Program-made: the position numbers and the translations under genes
The notes under the pieces: generated by a model
Told to the model about the DNA's origin: nothing
What the model saw: the letters and a program-made list of their open reading frames with translations, nothing else
Databases searched by the model: none
Origin: Lingula anatina
Lineage: Eukaryota; Animalia; Brachiopoda
DNA: 64,000 nucleotides
Reading direction: 5' to 3'
Assembly: GCA_051362555.1 (NCBI GenBank)
Contig: CM120644.1
Location: forward strand, 12,794,567 to 12,858,566
In this document: one piece after another, positions 47,631 to 59,405 of the stretch
Layout: every line of letters starts with the position of its first letter
Numbering within the stretch: position 1 is the first letter of the stretch

Positions 47631-50357
47631 TCCCGCCCTGAAACAAAAATTGGTGAAAATAAATAAGGAATAAGGAAAAAAATTATGATAAAAAGAAACA
47701 ACATCCATCTCAGTGAACTTTGGTCTTCAGTTGGCAGGACACCGATCCACCAAGATACCACGTGTCAAGTGATGAGCGAATTAAAAGTCGCCTGTATTTG
47801 AAGTACTTTCGAATGCGGCATTCATTGCAACAGTTGACAGCAGCAAACTTCCGAAGTTTTGTAGCTGATCTGAAATTTGACTGTTGCAAAATGGGTTACA
47901 GGAAATGTTATAGTTTTAAAAAAAGTTAGCCTTTTTTGGATAATTTTCAGTTGTACACATGCCATAGGAGAAAATCCAAAGGACGAGGGTTCATTCCCCT
48001 TGGGTCTGTCTTAGTTACATCCTCATCAGTAAGGTAATGAAAAGAAGACAGAAAGGCTCTGGATTATCTCATGTTAGCTTCTATATGTATTGACTGCACT
48101 AATTCTCCATGTCAGAGATAGAGGGAAGCATGGGTGGTCCCAGCCAAGATGGCCCAGTTTCCATCCTTTTTTTTTTATATTAATGATTATTGCTATAATA
48201 GTAAATTCACAATAGTAAATTCACTTTTGAAAGGTCAGTATTGTTTAAATCTTATAGGATCTACATGGTAATTTAAGTTTTGCAGGAAGTTTGGGAGATG
48301 TATAGACCAGGGTCAGTGTATGGTTATAAATTCAGGGAATAGTTTTTCTTTGTGTTCTTCATATATTTTACTAGATGCTTGATTATGGCAAGTATTCAGG
48401 CAGTTTACTTACTTATAATACTTGAAGTTTTTTTTTTTCTAAAAAAATGTGAAAGTTTCAGTTCAGTTGCTGAGGAAGTGCAACAACACTGAAAATATAA
48501 TGTGTTGGTTTAAAAAAATTGATTTCAGTATTGTTCTGCATGATTTAAGTACACTGCTTTGACATTTTTGTCTGTGATTTTAAGTTTTTGGTATTTGCAG
48601 TGATGTCTGCAAACTTAATGCTCCACAATTAACACTGAAACTACAAGTCACTTTGAGCTTGTTGGGTTTGTACGAGAAATAATGTGAACAGTAACTAGAA
48701 TTCTTCTTGACTAAACATCAGCTCAGACAGTTTCACCTGTGAGAAACCTATGACAAAACGTTAGTGACACCTTGAACCTTGAAGAAGAAAGTGGAGTTTT
48801 GTGACAGAAATGTTGGGGATATTTGCTTGTGTTCTGGTTTTCTTTGCATTAGAATGCAAGTAGGCTTGGTTTCTGCAGATGATCCACTAGTTGATGTAAC
48901 ATCTAATGGCTTCAGATTTTTTTGTTGGGTTGCCAATTGTATGACTGCGAAAGAGCTTTAAAAATTTTTAATGTAATTCTTAGCTCAAATTACACGAGGG
49001 GAGATTCCGCCCCTAGAGACTTTTTTCCTGGGTAAATAAGTAATGTAATAAGTAAATGTTTTTTTGTTCGAATGGGCAAATGCACTAGTATATATGACTT
49101 TGTAAGTTAATACTGAAAAAAAGTTTGCAGGCCAGAGATGCCAGTAAGGGATGTTAAGGTCCAGCTACATGCCAAACATTACATTTAAGCATATCTTGGT
49201 TAGTGCTGCCTCATTCTGCCCTGGCGATCAGTTTTGAAACAATATGACAGAGGCTTGTTTTTTTTTTTTTTCTTCATTGTAAATTTACTTGTTCATTCTC
49301 CAGATGAGATTTACTTCAGAAAAATTGTTTCTAAATTGTCAAGTTAGGTTCTGGGGATGAAGAGTTCATATCAAGATAGTGTTTATCTATTAATGCTTAT
49401 GGTAGTTATGTGGTAATTGACAAAGAAAATGACAAACATTACATTAGTACTAGTAGTTTAAAAAACAAATTTTTGTCACAAACGTTTTGAATGTAGCCTA
49501 GTAATTTATCTCAAATTTGTACACCTTGTGTAAAATTGTAAACATTATTTTGTGTAATAAACTATTTTATTATCAAGAGGGATATTTCTAATTATAGTAA
49601 TTTATCTTTCTTATCTCTTTAAGTGGGCATTAAAAAAATATACAGTACCCAGTGCAAAAATTTGAACAAAATTGACTAATCATATTTCTCAAAACAAAAG
49701 TATTTTTTGTACCATCTGATATGTGAATCTAAATTTAAGAGTGGTTTTTCCAAGGAAGATGGTTCAGATGTAATAAAAAGTAATAATTATTGGACTTCAT
49801 CCTCATGTCAAATGCCCTTCATTAGTTACTGATGCCCACTGAAATCCTGTGTGTTTCTCTCCCCACATGCACAAAGTAAATACCATGAAGGACTAGGCCT
49901 AGTGTCATTTCAAAGAATGGGAGGGGGATCTATAAATGTGATAAAAACAAACTAGAATAATATTTTGATTGTTATTTTGATGATTATTATATATTTTCTA
50001 TTCTTACTCTGAGAAATTCCAAGATGTAGCTGTGCTACTGTACATGTTCATGCACATGAAAAAATATGGAGTGAAGGGATGTTTTTGTCATCTCATATGC
50101 AATTTGTGCTACTGGCTGATGGTGAGATTTTAATGCACTCCCTCTTTTTGATTTATTTCAGGTTTACCCAGGCACTAAAATTTCCACCACCTGAGTTAAT
50201 CTGTAAATGCCACTTTCCCAGCAGCTTAAAAAAAAAAATAAATAAATGAACAGGTCTGAAACCCGTCAAAATGTTTGCTGCTCAAGAATACAAACATTGT
50301 AGTAATTTTCTTTAGTGACATGACACAAAAGTTAGTTATTTCATCCTTCTATTAATA

Positions 50358-51045
50358 TCATGAGTCAGCTTTTGTGTGTCGAAATACTTTGAGATGGTTG
50401 TCTGCACCGCCACTCAGCAGGTAGTCTGGAACTGTCCAATCAACAGAGAGGACTTTGTCTTCATGGCCACTCATGTCAAACAGCGGGGCTTTCGGACTGA
50501 AAAAATGAAGTGTGGTCAGTTTATCTTCGTTCACCACTACATAATTTTATGAATATGCTGAAATTTGTATAACTGCAATGATCAATGATGTGATTAACAA
50601 TCCATACTATGCAGTTTGACATTTTGATAGGTGCAATTGTTGTAAAAAAGATACAATAAAATAAGTATAAAGGTTTAATGCTTCAGGGTTTGTAGAACGC
50701 TTGAACATCAACAATAACCTTTCTTTCCACACTGCTCAATCATTATATTAGTTTATATTTATTAGGTTAAAAATGAACGTCTTTTTCTCCTTGTTACCAT
50801 TTTGTATCCCATAATTTCAACAAAAAACTCTCCTCTACAACTGAAAACTTTATCACTGCTAGACTATAATATTAATTTTTTCTAAAAATGAACATTTTTT
50901 TTCTTCTTGTTACCTTCTAGTATCCCATAATTTCACCAGGTGGTCATATGACCCCGATAAAAACTGATGCTGATTGGTTGTTGACCAGCAGACAGATGGC
51001 ACCCAACCATTATGGGATGTAAACGTGCTCTTCACAACAGTACCC

Positions 51046-51076
<31 letters not shown>

Positions 51077-54000
51077 GAAAAAAATAATAATATAAGCGAG
51101 ACCATCATGTGAGAAGCATATAATATCAAAGGGGATATCAGCTTGTCCCTCATGAAATTTGAATCTCTCACTAAAAAATTTTTACTCATGCCTGCTTCTT
51201 GAAAAAAAAAAAAAGTAAAAAGCTAAAAAAAATTTAAGATAATTTAAAGGGATAATAATTCTTTGTTTCGGCCAAAAAAAGAATTTTCCTGGAGTAAACA
51301 ACAATTTTCCCATACTAACCAATGGTTAATGAATCCATTTTTACATTCAAAGTTAGTCCCTGGTTTTTTCCTAAAAAGATTTTTTTGTTGAAATCTCTTA
51401 AGAGATTTTAACAGAGTATAGCCATCAATGGAGGTCACATGGTCTAAAGACAAGCTCAGATGTCAGAATAATAGCTATAACTGCCGTTTTTGTGGTAAAG
51501 CAGAATATATTATATTTCTACGAGTAATTCACAATGTTTTCATTGTGAGATATAGATCTCTTACGAAGAGTTATTATCCCATTAAAATTCCTAGACTCCA
51601 TTTCTTATCTATAGCAGTCATTATGTTTTTTTTAAAGATAATGTCATTTAGCTTGTATAAACAAACAACAAGAATGCTGAGGGCCTAAAATTGCATTTTA
51701 TAAAATCCCAGGATAAAGATTCTCGTCTCTTGGCAACATTGTACAGGCAATGTAGGGACTAAGTTGGCAAGGAAATACAGTAGTGAGAACCCTACCTGTG
51801 CTACGAGGGTCATAAAGTCGTATGTGTCTGTCTGAAGATCCTGCTATAAGGAGGCCATTGACTGAGGAATAGGAAATATCTAGAAATACCTTGGTCCCTG
51901 TCTGAAATAGTAAATCTCAGTTGTCAATGAATTATATTCAAAATATAAATCCGTCTTCTTCTTGTCAATTACAGTTAATAACTGTGAAAAGGGAACATTT
52001 ATAAATCAACATTATGTCTTTCTGGCATGAAAGCTGTAATTAAATCTTTTTCATGAAATGTTAATTATACTGTGATAATTAAACCAAAGCCAAAGTTAAA
52101 TTTACATGTATCTACAATTAATAGTTATCTATATGGGAAACCTCTACAATCAATTTTGCCCAAAACTTATCGAAACAAAATATTTCATACTATTGAGGAT
52201 TTTTGAGCAGCTTGTTCAAGATCCCAAAACTTTATTGTGTGGTCCCATGATGCCGTGCAAATCTCACTGTCACCTGACCATGTTACCGCGGAAACACCCT
52301 CATTGTGACCTGAAAAGGTCATTAGAGGAGTCTGAAATAATGACAATCAAACTTGGATAATCTATTTATACATAAGAGACAATAAATATTCAAAAGAGTT
52401 TAAGACCTATAAAGAAGAGCAAGAAAAATGTCTAAATTGTAATAGTATTTTGAAAAAAAAAAACAAACTTATCTCATCAATTTAACCACAAAATATCATT
52501 AAATGTTTTATGTATATTTAGTAATTAAATAAAAGGTATTGCTTGCTAAATAAATGTAAATATTCACGTGGATAAACAACCACTGAGCTCATTATTGCTA
52601 AATTCAAAATTCAAAAATATTTTATTGTTGAGCAGCTAGTCAACCCACCCTATTAGGAATTTTTGAATCTGTTTTCTTCTTTTTTGGCAATCTCTCTCCG
52701 TCACTTTGTGATGTACTTTCATCCTCTGAACTAGGAATTGCTGACCAAATTTTCAACATTTTGTCCCATGAACCACTGCAAAACTGAAAGGAGGAATTTT
52801 CCCACATTTTGTCCTATAAACCATTGCAAAACTTTTTTTCTTAATTTGTAACATATCTTCTTTTTTACATCTAAAAATTCTTAAACTGAAAAAAAAACAA
52901 ACAAACAAACAAAAAAAAATAAAGTGAATAAATAAAAACAGAATCAGGAAACACGTTGTTTGTCTGGAAGGTACTGCCTTTAAATATCTCTGGCATGGAT
53001 TTTGCACAATATGTCTGAAGAATATCTCTCTCTACATCTAAATATTAATATTATGGCACAATTTAACAACAATCTAGGATTTAATTTAAATCTGGCATTC
53101 TACATTTTCTCACAATTAATGTCAACTGAACAAGTGTGTCTATTTTAATTAGTAAGAACAGCCAAAATGAATACAGAGCCTTATGCTAAATTTGCCATGC
53201 ACTGGAGATTGAGGTGAAATAAGCTGTAACCTGCCAATGACATACAGACTGAACAGGGAGTTGGTAATTTACCTTGGTTTTACTACTGTCCACAGCTAGG
53301 CAATCCACACTTTCAGTGTGCCCCCTACACATCTGGACACAGTCCACAGAATTCTTGTTTTTGTTCCATTCCCATATAAGGACTGTCTGGTCATGTGATG
53401 CACTCAAAAAGAGGCTGACTGGATCATCATCTGAGAAAACATTTAAGAACATTATGTCTAATTATGTCTGAAAAAGTTTTCATAATAACTGGGAGTACCA
53501 TCAAATGGTGAGGTTTGTAAAATTTATTGATTATCATTTAATTCACAAGCAAGCCTTATTCTAAAACAAGAACCCCTTATAAATTTTGGATCAGTAAATC
53601 AAATCATTTTTTCCTTTTAGTCATTTCATATAATAATATTCATTTAAAATTATTTTTTGTGAATGCATTTGTTTGTGTGAGCACATGTTTTGAATAGATC
53701 TCCCCATCTTGCCTTATTAAAAGAATGGAGGTTGTGATCTTCATACAGAAAATAGTCACAACACATCCAGTATGTATGTATGTATGTATGTATGTATGCA
53801 TGTATGTATGTATGCATGTATGTGTCTGTATTGTAACTTACCCTGTTTGACCCAAGCTACCGCCTTGACCGGTCCAGAGTGACCAGGGATTGTGATGAGA
53901 CTTTCTCCTTTAAAATTCCACATCCTCAATGTGTTGTCATAGCTTCCACTTAGAATACTGAATATGTAAACACAGTGCCTATTGTGGAATATTGAATTTC

Positions 54001-55141
54001 ATATGAAAACTTTTTGTTAATTTAATAATGGCAACTAACTAGAATGAATATAAATATCCCCAATTGATATGCTTACTAGTAAAAGTGCCTGCAAACTGTT
54101 GATTTCCTTAAGATTTTGACAACCGATTCAAAAAGGTACTTTCAAATTCAAAAATGACAACAGAATTCATGGTTAAACAACATGTTTTACTAGCTAGAAA
54201 CAAGCATGGGTGTGTGCACATACAATTATACATGAGAATGTAAAAATGTAACTGTATGTGGAACTTTCAGAGAGAGCATGTGTTCTGTTCCTACTCACTA
54301 ATTTCCAGAGCCTCTCACACAGCTGACCCAGTCGTCATGTAGAAGAGAGTCCTGTGGTTCTGGTGCTGGGTGTCGTTCCAAGTATTCTATCTCCACAACA
54401 GTTTCCTGAAATTTGTTTACAATTCTAAAGATGCAACTACGAGCATGTAATTGTTTCAATAAATAAAAGCTACAAAAGTGTCAGCAGTAAAAAACAAAAA
54501 CAAAAAATTTAAATAAAATAAAAAATACACTTATAAGCAATTTTGATAGCCATCAAAGCAAAACCGTTTCCAATGTATTGCTGGCATGAATCCCAGCATT
54601 TGTGAAAGTATTTTTAAAAATTATGATAATTTTGTTTAATAATCAATATCATCTCAATCAAATGAATAAAATGTCACATTAATGATTATAAAGAATGATT
54701 TAGATGATAAAATTATCAAATTTTCAGCAAATTTAAACTTACTGTAGAGATCTCTTTTTGTTCCATGTGTTTATCCAGTGGAACACGCAGATATTCACCA
54801 TTGATGAGAAAATCAAACTGGGTGCTACTGACATCTTGGCTTTCTAGACAAATATATAATTTACTGTATGTACATGGGAATATTTCCTGCATGATAACAG
54901 GTAAGTCAACACAGATCAAAAGCAGACTGGAAGATATTTCTATTGGCAAAAAATTAAAAGATACACATACAAGTGTTGTTAAAAAAACAGGTAATATAAA
55001 TATTAAATACAATGCAAATTTAAAGTGTTAATAAAAAACTGGAGGTGCAGGTGAGTTAGTTTAATCTTTGTTGATCTGTCAGTATTAATTCTTGCTCATG
55101 GGCATCTATGTTCACAGTAATCTAGAGCTCAATGTCAGCCT

Positions 55142-55178
<37 letters not shown>

Positions 55179-55866
55179 AATATACCTGTACCTGTTTGAA
55201 GAATTCCATTTATGAGATCCGTCAGTTCATCTTGACCTACTGAAGCCGGGATGGAAAATGGGGTGTCTGGTACTGCAAATCTGGAAAATAAAATTATAGT
55301 ACAAATTATGTTAATGAAAAGCGTGAGAACTACCTGTAGCATGACTGTCAAAATGACAACATTAACTTTTTTCACATGTGACTGTTTAACGTTGGAAAAT
55401 CTGAAAAAAAAGGAAGACAAATAATACTTACTGGAGCAAGCCTTAATATATAAATAGTGCATAAATTTAATTAATTTAATCAATTAACAATAAAATTGTC
55501 AAAAATGATCGATGCATCATGTGCATTAACTTTAAACAAAATGAACACGATTTATACTAAAACACTTAAAAAGTTTAATGGCACACCAACTGACAAAAAG
55601 TCTTAGAATCGTGAAGCTTTTACGAACTTTTACACCTACAAGTGTCACCGTTATTTACAACAGTTGATCATGACGGCAGTGTTATTTTGGGAAGGAAATG
55701 ATGAAATTCTTCAAGTATATCTTAATAAGTGCTAATACTATACCCTGACAATATCTAAAAAACAATAAAGAAACAACTAATTGAACAGAGTTATTACTTA
55801 CTGTGGCTGTTTTGTGAAGAACTTCGCCTGCACATGCGGCACGTTGTTGCTGCTGGGAGCCGCCAT
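50358..55866 (-). CDS. WDR12: Ribosome biogenesis protein WDR12 (Ytm1 homolog; NLE/UBL + WD40), ~429 aa, 11 exons
   Basis: Exons 55866-55802, 55280-55192 (alternative donor 55186), 54843-54743, 54405-54299, 53957-53842, 53430-53273, 52783-52649, 52331-52191, 51901-51796, 51046-50914, 50496-50358. Motifs [88 protein letters not shown]. Confidence 0.96.
53770..53822. repeat. (TATG)n tetranucleotide microsatellite
   Basis: Read directly. Confidence 0.9.
55145..55175. repeat. (TG)n microsatellite
   Basis: Read directly. Confidence 0.9.
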
Positions 55867-56067
55867 CTTTGCTGGCCTATTTCTGTACATTGCGGTAGGT
55901 GAGAAATGATGGTGGTATAAAACACAATCTCAAGCTGTGCCGTGTACAGGTCTGTACTCGGCTCAATTATAATTCTTTATTCTTACCTTAAAATGTCCCT
56001 ACATCAAAATTTCAAAATCAAGAAAAAAAAATAAATAAAAAATAAATAAAAATAAATAAAAGACATT

Positions 56068-56445
56068 TAAGCCGGGTAAGTTGATAGCAATTAAATCAGA
56101 CTCCCCGTGTAGATATATCGATCCAAATATCTGTGGGAATGGTCCCTTTCTCTGGGACCATTCCCAGAAATATCGTACTAACTTTAGATCGATCTATCTC
56201 CAAGGGGATTCTCACTAAATTGCTATCAACTTAAATGCGACTTAAATTAAGCCGCTTAAATGTCGGTCACGCCCACTAAAGCTGTCTGGGGATAATTAAC
56301 TATCGGAGGTCGAGAGTGCACGAAACTTAATTCCCCCTTAACTGATTCGATAGGCGTGACAGGCATTAAAGCCGCGTAAGTTAACTGATAGCAACGTAGC
56401 GTAATTCCCTGTAGAGTTAGATCCTGTTGGATCGATCTAGCCATG
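56068..56445. repeat. Cluster of foldback/palindromic elements between WDR12 and the EF-hand-like gene
   Basis: Hairpin 1 (~56071-56241): TAAGTTGATAGCAATT/AATTGCTATCAACTTA and TGGGAATGGTCCC/GGGACCATTCCCA. Hairpin 2 (~56251-56378): GTCACGCC/GGCGTGAC and GGGGATAATTAA/TTAATTCCCC. A partial third copy of the hairpin-1 end follows. Confidence 0.7.
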
Positions 56446-56808
56446 AAAACCCAGTCTCACCCCCCTCTTTTTATGCTTTCGCTAATTATTTTCGTCTTAT
56501 TTAATGTTAGTTAATGGCTTCCCGTATCTATGGCTTCTTCCAACACAATATTTAATGTAAAGAATTATAAACGTCACTGCCGTCAATTCTTGTTCCAAAC
56601 AGCTAGAGTGCTGAACACTTGACACCAGGAAACCTGTCATTTTACATCCAAACTGCTCCTTCAGAAGATATTTATTTACAGGTAACCTTTGCCGATTCTT
56701 TTAACATTAAAATCTGTGTCTTAATATTTAAAAAAAATGATAAAAATCTTTCTCAAATTAATGTTTATTCAACAATAACCCTTTTCATTTCAGAATAAAA
56801 CGACCAAT

Positions 56809-57451
56809 ATGATCTGCGGTGCGGTGGTAATAGTATTGTTGGTACAGGCAACACTATTTATGAGCGGCCAGACAACACCACCAGCAAGAAAGGACGAAGC
56901 ATGCTCATATTATGCGAATGGCTTCACTCCTTCTGCACGCTGGTATAATATGATTGTGCATTGGTTCATGAAAATGGACGAAAACGGGAATTTGCTCATA
57001 GATGAGGTGGTCAATGTAACGCTTAGGTCAAGTAGATGGTATCTTTTACGAGATCACTCCGACTTACTGGATAATTTTATGAGGGAAACATGGAAAGAAT
57101 TGGGGTTTGACGACGATGCGATAAATTTTGAAAAAATTAGTTCAATATTTAAAATGTACGTTAGCTCCCCTTTACCTAAGCAACCTCCGACTGGAATGGT
57201 GCTCTTTCATACCAGAGATTTTGTTTGAACCCTTCAGCACTTTAGATAACATTCAATATGCCGAGTTCTTAACCGCATTCAGTTTCTATGATCGTAATAT
57301 ACGGTTAAATATTAGTAAAATTGATGCCAGTGGTGACTTGTACATCCAAAGGAAAGAGGTAATTCATTCATGCAGCGATATTCTACTCGACCTCGAATGG
57401 GAGTATTTCTATGAGGTTGATCAGACACGTACTGGACACATAGCCAAGTGA
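56809..57451 (+). pseudogene. Frameshifted secreted EF-hand-like protein gene (pseudogene or assembly error)
   Basis: TATAAA at 56566, 5'UTR intron 56682-56793 (GT-AG), signal peptide MICGAVVIVLLVQATLFMSG. EF-loop-like segments DENGNLLIDEVV (ORF 56809), and DASGDLYIQRKE and DQTRTGHIAK* (ORF 57128, different frame). No intron reconciles the two frames. Confidence 0.5.
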
Positions 57452-58536
57452 CAGGGTGCACATTATTTGATATACCAACCGTAAGAGATGACGAAGCAGC
57501 TAATGCCATATAAATATTCAGTAAAGATGAAAGGGACGTGCACACCCAGACTCTGACACGTATTTAAATGCACTGCGATGCTTTTCTATTTCAATGGTGA
57601 TCTTTTCTACAGTATTTCAACGGGGAACAGGACAATAATAATCACCCAATATTCAGGTAAGGGTATGGTTTTTTAATGCTGATGCCTAGACAGCTTACCT
57701 TATTTTGTTCTACTGGGTTATTTGTGTTGATTGTGGTTAAAATAAAATGATAATGCAAGTCTCATGACGCTGGTTGTCATATGTTATAATATTGCAGGTC
57801 GTTCATTTACAAAATCAACGTGTTAATAGTCTCATCAACCCCTATACCAGATACAAAAAAGTATTGGCACTTCCAATATATTAATGGAACGAATAAATTA
57901 ATTAATACAGCAATTTCAGTATAAAACCAAAGTAAAATTTAGAGCTTTAGACATCGGAGAAAAGGCTATAAAACTACATCACGGGTCCGACAGGTCAATC
58001 GGTAATTAAGATATATCAAACACTCTAGATATGCCACCTTGCCTGTCAATTTGACTGATGTACCATGGCAAAGGTTATGCTTTTTCATGAAGTCCCCCGT
58101 TTATTCTGCAACTCGAAATCTTGCTCAACACCATTAACTGCTACCTGCATCAGATTCTCTCTCCTCTCCATCGAATCCAGCACTGACTTTCGGCTTGCGC
58201 GAACTTCGATTAACTTTTGTCAAGAATGGTGATCTGGTTTGTCAGGAGTGGAATTTATATATGAGATAACTTTCTGTGGAATTAAATTATGAATTTTCTA
58301 CTGTATGTTGAATGATAAAAAAGGTGTTTCTTCTCCATAGCTACCTGAACGTTTAATAAGAAGTGGTTTATGAGTTTTCAATTAAATTAAACATCTCACG
58401 TTTGGTCACTGTTTATGATATTTTTTAGGATTATAGTTTCTAACTCGTCATTTCTTTCTGCTTATATAAGAAAGGTTTTAGCAATCTTTTCTGGCAATTA
58501 GAAGTGCAACAACGGAAATCTTAGTCCCAGTCTTCT

Positions 58537-59373
58537 TTATTAGGATTCCCCATAGGGGAATACTATTGTTTTTGGTATTATTATTATTATTATTCTTTCG
58601 ACGCGTTTTTTTTCGCAAAAAATCTGAAATAATTATCATACGTAGCCCATGGCGAGAATATGCCACAGACCCAGTTTCAGTGACCTTGACCTACTTTTAA
58701 AGGTCACAGGGGCTTTTAAAGGCAAAATTTGTAAAATTTGAAATTGCCATTAGGCCTAAAGTATAAGCCTATGGCTAAGGGCCTTATGGCATATGATACT
58801 GAGCCAAATCCACAGATAATGACATACTTTTATACAAGTAGGTCAAGGTCAGGGTCGCTCTTGGCCAAACATGCTCAAAAAAGGTTGGTTTCCGAGATCT
58901 CCAAAACCGGAAGGCCCAGAGCCCAAATCTTAGTGGCAAATGATGCCCTATATATTTATCTAAGGTTAGCCGTACTTTGGTAGCGACTGCCTAATTATTT
59001 TTTTTAATATAAATTTTAAAATATTTATGACATTGCAGAAATCTTAAGTTTGGCAATTTCTCCATGAAACACTGTTTTTTGGTCATAGCATGCTATAGTA
59101 AACTACCCCAAACATATACCCAAAGCCCCCAAATCAAATGTAAAATTTGACCTTGACCCTCATTTTCAAGGTCATTCGGCTATTTCATGGAGAAATATTG
59201 AAGTGGGCTAAAAGTGATGTTTTGTTGAACCCCCCCCCCCCCCAATTCGCACATGCTCTTTCTGAATGTGGGGTCAAATTTAACCCATGACCTTCACATG
59301 ACCTTGTAAGAGCCTTTCCACACCTATTTTGCAGGGGAATCCTCCGCCACTGGCTTAAGCCAGTTGCAGTCTA

Positions 59374-59376
<3 letters not shown>
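58537..59376. mobile_element. Non-autonomous Helentron-associated element (HINE/DINE-1-like)
   Basis: 5' subterminal IR AGGATTCCCC with adjacent partner GGGGAATAC, an (ATT)n microsatellite, internal TGACCTTGACC...AAGGTCA repeats, 3' subTIR GGGGAATCCT, then palindrome ACTGGCTTAAGCCAGT and a CTAGTT end in T-rich flanks. Confidence 0.75.
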
Positions 59377-59405
<29 letters not shown>

